Of a stretch of 64,000 nucleotides of DNA, positions 1 through 8,619 are shown piece after piece. Numbering within the stretch: position 1 is the first letter of the stretch; every line of letters starts with the position of its first letter. The DNA comes from a virus. Lineage: Duplodnaviria; Caudoviricetes. The position numbers and the translations under genes are program-made. The stretch is taken from positions 13,128 through 77,127 of the IMG/VR virus record IMGVR_UViG_3300049142_000128; one strand, written 5' to 3'. The notes beneath the pieces were generated by a model that was not told where the DNA came from, ran no database searches, and saw only the letters and a program-made list of their open reading frames with translations.

Positions 1-1092
1 TGGGCGGACATCTGGTGGCCTCTGCGCGCTGTCGAGCCGGGCACGCTCCAGCGGGACATGTCCCGGCGCAAGACGCACCTCGAGCCGAAGTGGGGCACCA
101 CGCGCCTCGACGCGATCCGCCGCGACGCAGTCCAGGAGTGGGTCAACGACCTCTACACGAGCGGCATGGCCGCGGCGACGGTCGAACGCTGCTACCGGCT
201 CTTCTCGGCGTCGATGAAGGCTGCGGTCGTGGCTGAGCGGCTCGACGCCACCCCTTGCGTGAAGATCGACCTGCCCAGGAAACCGCCGGCCGACGAGCGC
301 TACCTGACCCACGAGGAGGTCGAGGCGATCACGCACTTCCTCGACCCGCAGGCCGCGCTGCTCGTGTGGTTCCTCGTTGGCACCGGCGTGCGGTGGGGCG
401 AGGCCGTCGGCGTCCACCTGCACCGCGTGCACCTCAAGCACGCGCGCCTCGACATCCACGAGGTGTGGGACCAGCGGACCGGCGAGATCAAGCCCTACCC
501 GAAGGGACGCCAGAAGCGCTCCGTGCCGCTCTCGGCGAGCCTGACCGCGAAGCTCAAGACGCACGTGAACGGCTTGCGCAGGTCCGGATCATGCGGGTCG
601 CCGCACCGAAGAGGCTCGCACTGCCAGGCGCCGCTGCTCTTCCCGAACACCCGAGGGAAGGTCCTCGACTACAACAACTTCCGCAGCAACGAGTGGGAGC
701 GCGTCGTAGGGAAGTGGACCTGGGCAGCGCCGGACGGCACCACGTTCCGAACCGCCTCCGCCGCGCGGAAGAAGCTCGGCGAGGACGTCGAGCTGACGAG
801 GCGATGGAAGGCCGGCCACGTGGATATCGGTCCGGTCACGATCCATGACCTACGTCACACATATGCGTCCTGGCTCATCCAAGACGGCGTGTCCCTCGAG
901 GAACTTCGCGACCTCCTCGGCCACGAATCCGTGAAGACAACCGAGCGATACGCGCACCTCGCGCAGAGCCAGTGGAGCAGGGTGCGGCAGGCCCTCGACG
1001 CGAAACCTGCCCCAGATCTGCCCCAAGTCGATCAACTGGCGATCATGCGTGATCGAAAAGCACACCGTCTGCGCAGGTCAGCAGGGGTGTAA
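1..1092 (+). CDS. int: Tyrosine integrase (5' end outside window)
   Basis: Frame open from base 1; catalytic motifs GVRWGEA (R), HDLRHTYAS (HxxR), LLGH and TERYAH (Y). Confidence 0.95.
   Translation, partial: WADIWWPLRAVEPGTLQRDMSRRKTHLEPKWGTTRLDAIRRDAVQEWVNDLYTSGMAAATVERCYRLFSASMKAAVVAERLDATPCVKIDLPRKPPADERYLTHEEVEAITHFLDPQAALLVWFLVGTGVRWGEAVGVHLHRVHLKHARLDIHEVWDQRTGEIKPYPKGRQKRSVPLSASLTAKLKTHVNGLRRSGSCGSPHRRGSHCQAPLLFPNTRGKVLDYNNFRSNEWERVVGKWTWAAPDGTTFRTASAARKKLGEDVELTRRWKAGHVDIGPVTIHDLRHTYASWLIQDGVSLEELRDLLGHESVKTTERYAHLAQSQWSRVRQALDAKPAPDLPQVDQLAIMRDRKAHRLRRSAGV
1007..1027 (+). repeat. Pair of putative integrase arm-type sites (CTGCCCCAGA, CTGCCCCAAG)
   Basis: Direct repeats at 1007 and 1018 (11-bp period) inside the int 3' end; same motif pair on the other side of the core. 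Confidence 0.7.
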
Positions 1093-1093
1093 C

Positions 1094-1138
1094 TGGTGGG
1101 CCCCCAGGGGATCGAACCCTGAACCCGCGGATTAAAAG
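1094..1138 (-). other. att common core = 3' half of tRNA-Lys(UUU)
   Basis: Reverse complement reads CTTTTAA anticodon loop, TCCGC, T-arm CAGGG-TTCGATC-CCCTG, GGGGCCC-A-CCA; the 5' tRNA half is absent. Confidence 0.9.
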
Positions 1139-1255
1139 AGCGATTTGGATCACGTGCGCGGCCATGACCACAGATGCTCTCCCGCTCATATTCGCAGTTC
1201 AGAGCGGTTCCGAGGCCGACGCGGTGAGACGTCGCGTGCGCTCGCGTGCACCGGT

Positions 1256-1276
1256 CTGCCCCACTACTGCCCCACT
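1256..1276 (+). repeat. Pair of putative integrase arm-type sites (CTGCCCCACT x2)
   Basis: Perfect 10-bp direct repeats at 1256 and 1267 (11-bp period). Confidence 0.7.
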
Positions 1277-1278
1277 TC

Positions 1279-1626
1279 TCATCCACTGTGGACAGACGCC
1301 CAGGCTCGTGCTCGCTCGACGAGACGCCGCGCGGCGGACCCCACGGCGAGCGGGTCGAGCGGGGTATGGCGTGCGCCTTCCTCGAGGACCCGCCGGCGAC
1401 GTTCGGCCCGGCGAGCGAGCTCGACGCGGTCCCGATCGAGCATGGGACGCGCCGCAATCACCTCACCGCGGTGCGCGCTGCACGTGAAGACCAGGAACAC
1501 GCGGGGATTCGGATACTCGAAGAACGCGAGTCCCGCGTGCGTCGGCGGGTTGTGGCAGCTGGCCGGCTTTCCGAGCGGCCCGTTCACCGTGACGATGCAC
1601 CCTGGCCGGCTGATCTCCCCCAACAC
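1279..1626 (-). CDS. Hypothetical protein (Cys/His-containing)
   Basis: Protein-like composition; exact start uncertain. Confidence 0.55.
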   Translation of the reverse strand: MLGEISRPGCIVTVNGPLGKPASCHNPPTHAGLAFFEYPNPRVFLVFTCSAHRGEVIAARPMLDRDRVELARRAERRRRVLEEGARHTPLDPLAVGSAARRLVERARAWASVHSG

Positions 1627-1805
1627 GCACTCCCCTGCAGGACCTCGCGACTCGAGCCCGCGGGGGAAGCGCGGCGGCCGGAAGCGTACGCCCTACGCGC
1701 GCGGCCGCGCAGCTCCCGCAACCGGTGATTGATCCACCCCTGCGAGTAGTCGTCACAGCTGGTCCGCCGCAGGTCAGCGGCCTGTGACGTGCGTACCGTG
1801 TCGCG

Positions 1806-2810
1806 GTGAACGAGGCGGACGAGCTGCTCCAGCCGCCGATCCGGCCCATGACCGCCCGGGCGGCCTCAGCGTTGCCGCCGCCCGAGCGGGCCGCGCTCTA
1901 CAGCTTCGAGCCCAAGTGGGACGGGTTCCGCTGCCTCGCGTTCCGGACCACGGAAGGCGGCCTCCTGCAGTCGCGACAGCAGCGCCCGCTGACGAGGTAC
2001 TTCCCCGAGGTGCTCGCCGGCCTCGTCGAGCAAATGCCGCCCGGCACGGTGCTCGACGGGGAGCTCGTCATCGCCCGCGGCGGGCGGCTCGACTTCACCG
2101 CGCTCCAGCGCCGCATCCACCCGTCGGCGATGCACGCCGCACGCCGCGGCGAGGTCGCGCCGGCCTGCCTGGTCGTGTTCGACGTCCTCGCCTCGGCCGG
2201 GGTGGACCTTCGAGGGCGTCCGTACTGGGCGCGCCGTGAGCACCTCGAGCTGCTCCTCCGCGACGCACGACCGCCGCTGGCGCTCACCCCGGCCACCCGG
2301 GACCTCGCCGCTGCCCACGCGTGGATGACCGAGCACGCCGGCGCCGGGATCGAGGGCGTCGTCGTGAAGGACGTCCGCCGCGGCTACCGGCCGGGCCGGA
2401 CCTCCTGGGAGAAGGTGCGCAGCCGCGCAACCACCGACGCGGTCGTCGGCGGCGTCCTCGGCCCGCTCGACGAGCCGCACGCGCTCGTTCTCGGACGACC
2501 CGACGGCGGCGGTCGGCTACGCGTAGTCGGCCGGACCGGGCCGCTCCCGGCCGCCGCGCGGCGGGAGGTCGGGGCGCTCCTCGAGCCGCCGCAGGGCCGG
2601 CACCCGTGGCCGAAGCGGATCTCGTCGTCGAGGTTCGGACAGCTCCCGCCGGAGCCCGTCTTCTACACCCAGGCGGAGCCGCGTCTGGTCGTCGAAGTGG
2701 ATGCCGACGTGTGCTGGGAGCAGGGACGGTGGCGGCACCCCACGGTGTTCCGGCGCCTGCGTGTCGACCTGCGCGCGGACGACCTCGCCACGACGAGTAG
2801 GGCCGGGTAG
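1806..2810 (+). CDS. ATP-dependent DNA ligase (LigC-like)
   Basis: Motif I EPKWDGFR, LDGELV, VVFDVL, EGVVVK, WEKVR, C-terminal OB-like WRHP. Confidence 0.92.
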   Translation: MNEADELLQPPIRPMTARAASALPPPERAALYSFEPKWDGFRCLAFRTTEGGLLQSRQQRPLTRYFPEVLAGLVEQMPPGTVLDGELVIARGGRLDFTALQRRIHPSAMHAARRGEVAPACLVVFDVLASAGVDLRGRPYWARREHLELLLRDARPPLALTPATRDLAAAHAWMTEHAGAGIEGVVVKDVRRGYRPGRTSWEKVRSRATTDAVVGGVLGPLDEPHALVLGRPDGGGRLRVVGRTGPLPAAARREVGALLEPPQGRHPWPKRISSSRFGQLPPEPVFYTQAEPRLVVEVDADVCWEQGRWRHPTVFRRLRVDLRADDLATTSRAG

Positions 2811-2849
2811 CAACCTGGTCTCGCAGGGCGGAACGGCATAGTTCCGGGC

Positions 2850-3230
2850 GTGCCCGACTACAACCTGCAGGACAAGACCACCGTCGGCATCCTCGACGTG
2901 CAGTTCAGCCCGCTCTCCACGCCCCTGGTCGCCTGGTACGTCTGGATCGAGGAGGACGACTCCGAGCAGATCGAGAAGCGGCCCGTTCTTGGTGTCCTCC
3001 TCCGCCATAAGATCAACCCCGGAGGCGACATCACCGGCTCTCGCGCCGAGATGGCCGTGCAGTTCGAAGACACAGCCGAGGTGTGCGCCGCGAACGACAG
3101 CGCGCTACTTGGCTCGAACGAGGCTTTCGTTGGGATCTACCCAGCCAGCGCGGATGAGCCGACACAGTCGATACGTGACACCGCCAGCCGACTCCGCAGG
3201 GAGATGAAGCGGCAGGAGAAGTCGGGCTAG
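2850..3230 (+). CDS. Hypothetical protein
   Basis: 126-aa ORF with globular, non-shadow composition. Confidence 0.65.
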   Translation: MPDYNLQDKTTVGILDVQFSPLSTPLVAWYVWIEEDDSEQIEKRPVLGVLLRHKINPGGDITGSRAEMAVQFEDTAEVCAANDSALLGSNEAFVGIYPASADEPTQSIRDTASRLRREMKRQEKSG

Positions 3231-3271
3231 CAACTCTCGAACAGAGGGCACCACGCCCGACGAGGCAGCGA

Positions 3272-3982
3272 TCAGTACCGAGCGCTCGGGCGCCCGATCG
3301 ACCGGGGCGCCCGGCGCCGCTGCTGGGGGCCCGTGTTCCGGTTCCTCCGCGCGGCGAGCGCCCGTTCCCGCGGATCGGCCGGCGGCGCCTCCTCGACGAC
3401 GCCAGCACGGCGGAGACCGTCGAAGAGCGGCCGCATGCGCTCTCCGATCTGCTGCATCCAGGCGGCCCCGGCCTCCCCGAGCGCGGCCATCACTTCGCGC
3501 ACCGGTGCGAACGCCTGGTCGAGCTGCCGCGCGAGCTCCGCGCTCTGCACTCGCTGCCGCTCGGCAAGGGACTCCATGCGCAGCTGCACCGCAGCTCGCT
3601 GCTCGTCGGTCGTCGCGGCGAGCAGCGCGCGCTGGGCGGCGCGCCAGTCCGCGGCGAGGTTTCCGGTCGAGCGTGGGAGGCGGAACTCCGGCGGCCCCGG
3701 ATCCCAGGTCACCTGCAGGAGGCCGAGAGGCGACACCAGCACCGGTGGCGACGGGATCGGCGGCTCCTCGTCCTCGAACGCCTCCGGTGGGATCACCCCG
3801 GGCGGGAAGTCTTCCGGCCGGTCCCAGGGCTCCCGGTATCCGACGAGCTCGTCGACGCGGCTCGCGTGCCACGCCTGCTGGCACCCGTCGCCGCAGAAGT
3901 CGTCGGACGGGGAGTCCTGCAGCGGGCCGCCGCACTCGTGGCAGCCGCCGACCGCCTCGTCGATCGCGTCGAGGATGTCCAC
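3272..3982 (-). CDS. Hypothetical protein with N-terminal CxxC...CxxxC motif and coiled coil
   Basis: GGCHECGGP...FCGDGCQ; SD GGAGG upstream. Confidence 0.7.
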   Translation of the reverse strand: MDILDAIDEAVGGCHECGGPLQDSPSDDFCGDGCQQAWHASRVDELVGYREPWDRPEDFPPGVIPPEAFEDEEPPIPSPPVLVSPLGLLQVTWDPGPPEFRLPRSTGNLAADWRAAQRALLAATTDEQRAAVQLRMESLAERQRVQSAELARQLDQAFAPVREVMAALGEAGAAWMQQIGERMRPLFDGLRRAGVVEEAPPADPRERALAARRNRNTGPQQRRRAPRSIGRPSARY

Positions 3983-4037
3983 GCGCTCATCCTCCCGCGG
4001 GGCGGCGACAACGACCCCGCTCCCGAGTCACCCCACG

Positions 4038-5144
4038 TCAGGTCACGATCCGCTCGGCGGGCTCCTCGGCCGAGTCGAGCCAGACCGTGCTGGTTCCGGT
4101 CGGGGTGACGGTGAGTCCGTACCGCGCCCGGTGTGGCCGCCCGTGCGCGGCCCACGCGCGGTGCGCAGCGAGGACCTCGTCTCCGATCGACCGCGAGCCG
4201 CTCTGGTGCGCGGTGCCGTTGCTGTCGATCTCGACCCAGGAGCCGTCGTCGGCGCGCAGGACGCGGGTCCCCCGGTCCGGCAGGCGCAAGGACTGCACGA
4301 TGCCAGGGACCCGGAGAGCGAGCTGGAAGCCGAAGTCGGCGTCGTCGAGATCGTCGAGAAGCTCGGGATCGAACTCGGCGGCGACGGGGCGCATCGCTGT
4401 CCGGTCGAACCAGGCGAGGCTCTCACCCAGCGTGCGGAACGGGTCGGCGGCGAACGGTCGAAGCCACATGAAGTGGCCTGGGACGGGGTGGAAGCGGCCC
4501 ACGAGGTTGCCGGCGCCGTCACGCTGGGCGGCGATCAAGGCGCTCGAGGTGGCGGCCCGCAGATCGGCCACGAGCCGGCCGGCGGCGCGGAGTTGCCGCA
4601 CCCACGCCCCGGGGACGGCGGGAACGGCGCAGGTGGCGATGATCCGGTCGAACGGTGCCCGCGCGGGCACGCCGGCCGCACCGTCCCCGGCCACGAGTGT
4701 CGGGGCGAAGCCCACCGACTTCAGCGCATCACGTGCCGCGTCGACGAGGTCCGGGTCGATGTCGATGCTGGTCACGGCATCGCTGCCGAGGCGGTGGCAG
4801 AGCAGCGCCGCGTTGTATCCGGTCCCGGTCCCGATCTCCAGCACCGTGTGGCCGGGCGCGACGTCGAGCATGCCCAGCATGCGCGCCATCAGGCTGGGCC
4901 GCGTCGAGGAGCTGGTCGGCACGATCTGCCCGGACTCGGGCACGTGCGCGACCTGGGTGGTCAGCGATTCGTCGCGGTAGACCGCGTCGGCCACATCGTC
5001 GCGGGGAGATCCGTCGGCCGCGAACGCGACCGGCACGAACACGTGCCGGGGGACGTTCTCAAACGCGGCGCGCCAGCCCGGGTCGAGCACACCCTGATCA
5101 GCGAGGTTGGCCGCCAGCCGCCGGGCCTGCTGCTGCCAGATCAT
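4038..5144 (-). CDS. Protein-L-isoaspartate O-methyltransferase homologue (RiPP aspartimide-forming PIMT)
   Basis: VPRHVF, SSSTRPSLMARML, VLEIGTGTGYNAALL, DRIIATC, FMWLR; ATGA overlap with the ATP-grasp gene. Confidence 0.92.
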   Translation of the reverse strand: MIWQQQARRLAANLADQGVLDPGWRAAFENVPRHVFVPVAFAADGSPRDDVADAVYRDESLTTQVAHVPESGQIVPTSSSTRPSLMARMLGMLDVAPGHTVLEIGTGTGYNAALLCHRLGSDAVTSIDIDPDLVDAARDALKSVGFAPTLVAGDGAAGVPARAPFDRIIATCAVPAVPGAWVRQLRAAGRLVADLRAATSSALIAAQRDGAGNLVGRFHPVPGHFMWLRPFAADPFRTLGESLAWFDRTAMRPVAAEFDPELLDDLDDADFGFQLALRVPGIVQSLRLPDRGTRVLRADDGSWVEIDSNGTAHQSGSRSIGDEVLAAHRAWAAHGRPHRARYGLTVTPTGTSTVWLDSAEEPAERIVT

Positions 5145-6115
5145 CGGGTCTCCTCCCCCGCGAGCAGCGCCGCGAATGCCGCCGCGATCGGCTGGTCGGC
5201 CTCGTCCTCCAGCCACAGCCACTGGCCGTTCGGGTTGCACTCGAGGAACCGCCAGCTGCCGTCCGGTTCGATCACGAAGTCGAACGCGCCGTACAGCAGG
5301 CCGAAGTGATCCAGGTAGGCCGACATCCCGAGCTGCACGTCCTGCGGGACCGTCACGGTCTCGTAGCGGAGGTTGCGGTAGTCGGCCCGCCAGTCCTCGC
5401 GCCCGGCGTCGGAGTCGGCGATCACGGCGACGGCGAACGCGGTTCTGCCGACCATCGTCACCCGCGCATCGTGGGCCTTCGGCACGCGCTCCTGGAACAG
5501 GTGCGCCGTGGCGGCGAGCTGCTCGGCGTCGATCTGGTCCGGATCGACGGTCGTGGTGAAGACCGAGGTGACGGTGTCGCCGTCGTCGAGCAGCATCGAG
5601 GAGAAGGTCTTGCAGACCAGCGGGCGGCCGATCTCCGCCGCGAACGCGCGCACCGCGTCGACGTCGTTGGTCACGAGGGTGCGCGGCACCAGCAGCCCGA
5701 CGTGCTCTGCCACGTCGAGCTGCAGGGGCTTGTACTCGGCCGGCGCGATCCGGGCGGGATGGTTCACCCAGGTCGCTGGCAGGGATGCGAGCACCCCGCC
5801 CACCCCGAGCTTGGCCTCGGTCAAGGCGAATGCCGCATCGCCGCTCTCCAGCCCGTGTGGGAGCCGGAACCGGGTGGGCCGGCGGTAGTAGACGGAGCGG
5901 ACCTCGTCGAGCTCGACCGTCGCCGATGGGGTGCGGAGCCGGCCGCGCCACCGCCCCTCGGAGTTGCGGGCGTCGATCCGCATCTGGGTCGGGAAGTCGC
6001 CGGTGTCCATGCGGACGAACGGGACACGCCGATCCTTCAGGTGGGCCTCGACCAGGTCGGCGGTCGCGTCCTCGGGCGCGCTGAGCACGAGCACCGGCCC
6101 GTCGGGATCAGTCAT
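5141..6115 (-). CDS. ATP-grasp RiPP maturase (graspetide synthetase)
   Basis: VYYRRP, WVNHP, EYKPLQL, PRTLVTN, LFQERVPK, DWR, YGAFDF, FLECNPNGQWLW. Confidence 0.93.
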   Translation of the reverse strand: MTDPDGPVLVLSAPEDATADLVEAHLKDRRVPFVRMDTGDFPTQMRIDARNSEGRWRGRLRTPSATVELDEVRSVYYRRPTRFRLPHGLESGDAAFALTEAKLGVGGVLASLPATWVNHPARIAPAEYKPLQLDVAEHVGLLVPRTLVTNDVDAVRAFAAEIGRPLVCKTFSSMLLDDGDTVTSVFTTTVDPDQIDAEQLAATAHLFQERVPKAHDARVTMVGRTAFAVAVIADSDAGREDWRADYRNLRYETVTVPQDVQLGMSAYLDHFGLLYGAFDFVIEPDGSWRFLECNPNGQWLWLEDEADQPIAAAFAALLAGEETR

Positions 6116-6362
6116 CGACGTCGGTGTCGGTGACGGAATCGGTGGTGCGGTTGCCGTCGTTCACGGTCTCGCTGTTCGTGCGGTAGGTGTTCCTCGTCGA
6201 GGTCGTGTCGTGCTTCTTGGCCTCGATCGGCGTGGGCACGCCCAGCGTCGCGGCGAACGGTCGCAGCGGGCCGGGCCGGTTCGGCGCGAGGATCCGCACT
6301 CCACCTGGATCGCTCTGCTGGAGCAGCGCGGTGGGCGGGAACAGCGGGTCGGACGTGGCCAT
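6108..6362 (-). CDS. Graspetide/graspimiditide precursor peptide (84 aa)
   Basis: Leader with LRPFA; core TTSTRNTYRTNSETVNDGNRTTDSVTDTDVDD (Thr/Ser donors, Asp acceptors, central DG); SD GGAGG. Confidence 0.88.
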   Translation of the reverse strand: MATSDPLFPPTALLQQSDPGGVRILAPNRPGPLRPFAATLGVPTPIEAKKHDTTSTRNTYRTNSETVNDGNRTTDSVTDTDVDD

Positions 6363-6489
6363 GAAGGTAGCCCTCCGGGTGAGCGGTTGGTGGTCTGAAC
6401 GTAGCGATCGGTGCGTCAGGCGTTGGGCTGTTCGCGAAACACGCGGCCGGGCGCCGCCGGCGGAGGTACACCGGCGACGCCGGCCACGA

Positions 6490-6645
6490 TCAGGGGGGAG
6501 CGCTTCGCCGGTCTCGCTCGTCTGCGTCGACCAACCGCAGCAGCGAGCGCGCGGCGTCGGGATCTCCAACCACCACACCGGACGACGTGACGACCAACCC
6601 GGGCGCCTCGTCGCCCTCGAACTCCCACCATCCGCCCGGGATCAT
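6490..6645 (-). CDS. Small hypothetical protein
   Basis: MIPGGWWEFEG...; starts 2 nt after the upstream stop. Confidence 0.5.
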   Translation of the reverse strand: MIPGGWWEFEGDEAPGLVVTSSGVVVGDPDAARSLLRLVDADERDRRSAPP

Positions 6646-6647
6646 GA

Positions 6648-6791
6648 TCAGACCCACGGCGTCTCCCGGCGGCCGCGGATCTCGTTTTCCTTCTCGATCC
6701 GCCGGCGGCGATCCCGCGCGCCCATGACGAGCACTGCGACCATCATGCCGCCGCCGACGACGAGCGCCACGACCACGTATTCCCGGCTCAT
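6648..6791 (-). CDS. Small membrane protein
   Basis: MSREYVVVALVVGGGMMVAVLVM hydrophobic stretch; ATGA overlap. Confidence 0.55.
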   Translation of the reverse strand: MSREYVVVALVVGGGMMVAVLVMGARDRRRRIEKENEIRGRRETPWV

Positions 6792-7078
6792 CGGACCCGG
6801 CCGACCGCTGCCGAGGCGTACTCGGCGAGCGGGCACGGCCAGACCTTCCGACCCGCTTGCGGGCCCGCCGGGCAGATGCGGCAATGCCCGGTGCCGTCGT
6901 CGGTGTGCTGAGCGAGCATCCGCGCAAGCGCAGCCGGCTGCCCACGGAAAAGGTCCGTGAACGCCCCTGCGAGCGGCGATATCGACGCCGCGACGATCGG
7001 CCGGCCAGCCAGCTCCGATGCGGGCTGGTTCGCAGATCTGCTCATCTCTCCGTCACATGCCTCGTCGGATGGGATCAC
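6788..7078 (-). CDS. Hypothetical protein with H/CxxC/C motif
   Basis: AQHTDDGTGHCRIC...WPC; start uncertain. Confidence 0.6.
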   Translation of the reverse strand: MIPSDEACDGEMSRSANQPASELAGRPIVAASISPLAGAFTDLFRGQPAALARMLAQHTDDGTGHCRICPAGPQAGRKVWPCPLAEYASAAVGRVR

Positions 7079-7308
7079 CGGCCGGCGCGGGCACTGGGGT
7101 TCGCAACCGCGCCGGCCGGGACATTCGGGGGCCGCCAGATCGGCGACAACCAGGAGTGTTCCGCCGGGACAGCAGACTGGGAGGGGATGAGATCGGGGCT
7201 GTCAAGGGGAGGATTCGGGGAGACTTTGAAGCCTCCCCGAATGTCAGCCTGTACCCGTCCAGCTACGCGCTGTGTGACGATGACGCGCGCCTACTGGGGA
7301 GGGCGACC

Positions 7309-8619
7309 GTGGCCGAGAATGATCAACTCAGGGCGGCGCGTGAACGCACCGCGTCGCCCGCCCATCCAGGCGAGGGACTGAGCAGGCAGGAACTCGCGCA
7401 GCTCGTCAACGCCTACATCTGGGACACCCACGATAAGCGGGTCGAGGTCGACGCCAACTACATCGGCAAGCTCGAGCGAGGCGGCATCCGCTGGCCCAGC
7501 CAGCTCTACCGCGAGGCCCTCCGCGCCGTCCTGAACGTCAGCACCGACGCCGCCCTCGGGTTCGTCAACCCCCGGCGGACCGTGGTACAGAGGCCCGTGG
7601 ATCGCAAGCAGTTCCTCCGCGGCGCGGCCTTCCTCGGCGCCGGCGCCATGTCCCTTCCCCCGATCGTCGCCCTGCTCGAGGGCAGCGAACCCACACCGGT
7701 GCCCCCCAAGGTCAGCGCCCGGGACGTCGAGCAGATCCACACGGCCGCCCGGGTCTTCGCGACCTGGGACCACACCTACGGCGGCGGTCTCGCCCGCGAG
7801 GCTGTGCAGGCGCAGCTGCGCTGGTCTGCCGGGCTCCTCGAGTCCACGGTCCCGGAGAAGCTCCGGGCCCCGCTGCTCTCCGCGGTCGGCTACCTGGCCC
7901 ACACGACCGGCTTCATGGCCTTCGACGCCTACGCCCACGACGACGCGCAGCGCATCTTCCGGTACGCGCTCACCTGCGCCGAGGAGGCCGGCGACTGGCA
8001 CCTCCGCGCGAAGATCCTCTCCAGCATGGCGCGGCAGGCGATCTGGATCGGCAGGCCCGACGACGGACTCACGCTGGCCGAGTTCGCGCTGGTGCGCGCC
8101 GACCGCCTCTCCGCCACCGAGCGGGCAATGCTGCACGTGGCCCACGCCCGCGCCCTCGCGAAGATGGGCCGAGTCGGGGACACCCTCACCGCCGTCGGCG
8201 CGGCCGACGACGAGTTCGCACGCCGCAACCCAGCATCCGACGCCCCGTGGATGGCCTACTACGACGCCGCGCAGCACGCGGGCGACTCCGGCCACGCCCT
8301 GTTCGACCTGGCCGTGATCGGCCGCTCTCGGGAGGAAGCCCGCAGCCGGCTCGCGGCCGCCGTGGCGGGCCACGGCCCGGCCTACGCCCGCTCCCGCGCG
8401 ATCGCGCAGACGAAGCTGGCCAGCCTCACCATGCTGGCCGGGGACCCGGTCGAGGCCGCCACGATCGGCCGCGAGGCCGTGGAGACGGCCGGGACGCTGC
8501 GGTCCCGACGAGCCGCGGACGATCTCCGGGAGCTGGGCCGCTACGCCGGACGGCACCCGAAGGTCGCCGAGGTCGTCGAGCTCCGGCACCGGATCAGCCG
8601 GACCGTCATCGCCTCGTGA
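7309..8619 (+). CDS. XRE-type HTH plus helical (TPR/NsdA-like) transcriptional regulator
   Basis: LRAARE...LSRQELAQ...YIGKLERGGIRWP HTH followed by all-helical repeats; GTG start with GGGAGG SD. Confidence 0.85.
   Translation: MAENDQLRAARERTASPAHPGEGLSRQELAQLVNAYIWDTHDKRVEVDANYIGKLERGGIRWPSQLYREALRAVLNVSTDAALGFVNPRRTVVQRPVDRKQFLRGAAFLGAGAMSLPPIVALLEGSEPTPVPPKVSARDVEQIHTAARVFATWDHTYGGGLAREAVQAQLRWSAGLLESTVPEKLRAPLLSAVGYLAHTTGFMAFDAYAHDDAQRIFRYALTCAEEAGDWHLRAKILSSMARQAIWIGRPDDGLTLAEFALVRADRLSATERAMLHVAHARALAKMGRVGDTLTAVGAADDEFARRNPASDAPWMAYYDAAQHAGDSGHALFDLAVIGRSREEARSRLAAAVAGHGPAYARSRAIAQTKLASLTMLAGDPVEAATIGREAVETAGTLRSRRAADDLRELGRYAGRHPKVAEVVELRHRISRTVIAS

Noticed and set aside
1094-1170. 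Complete tRNA-Lys gene
   Set aside because: Only the anticodon loop to CCA is present; sequence beyond 1138 cannot form the D-arm or the 5' acceptor and anticodon strands.
1523-1533. Extra copy of the late motif (GAACGCGAGTC)
   Set aside because: Mismatched 5' end, inside a coding region far from the late operon; likely chance.
3333-5309. Long plus-strand ORFs (also 14545-16950, 26629-29010, 31310-34057, 35949-38696, 51514-54594)
   Set aside because: Antisense shadows of GC3-biased minus-strand genes; Arg/Gly/Ala-rich with no motifs.
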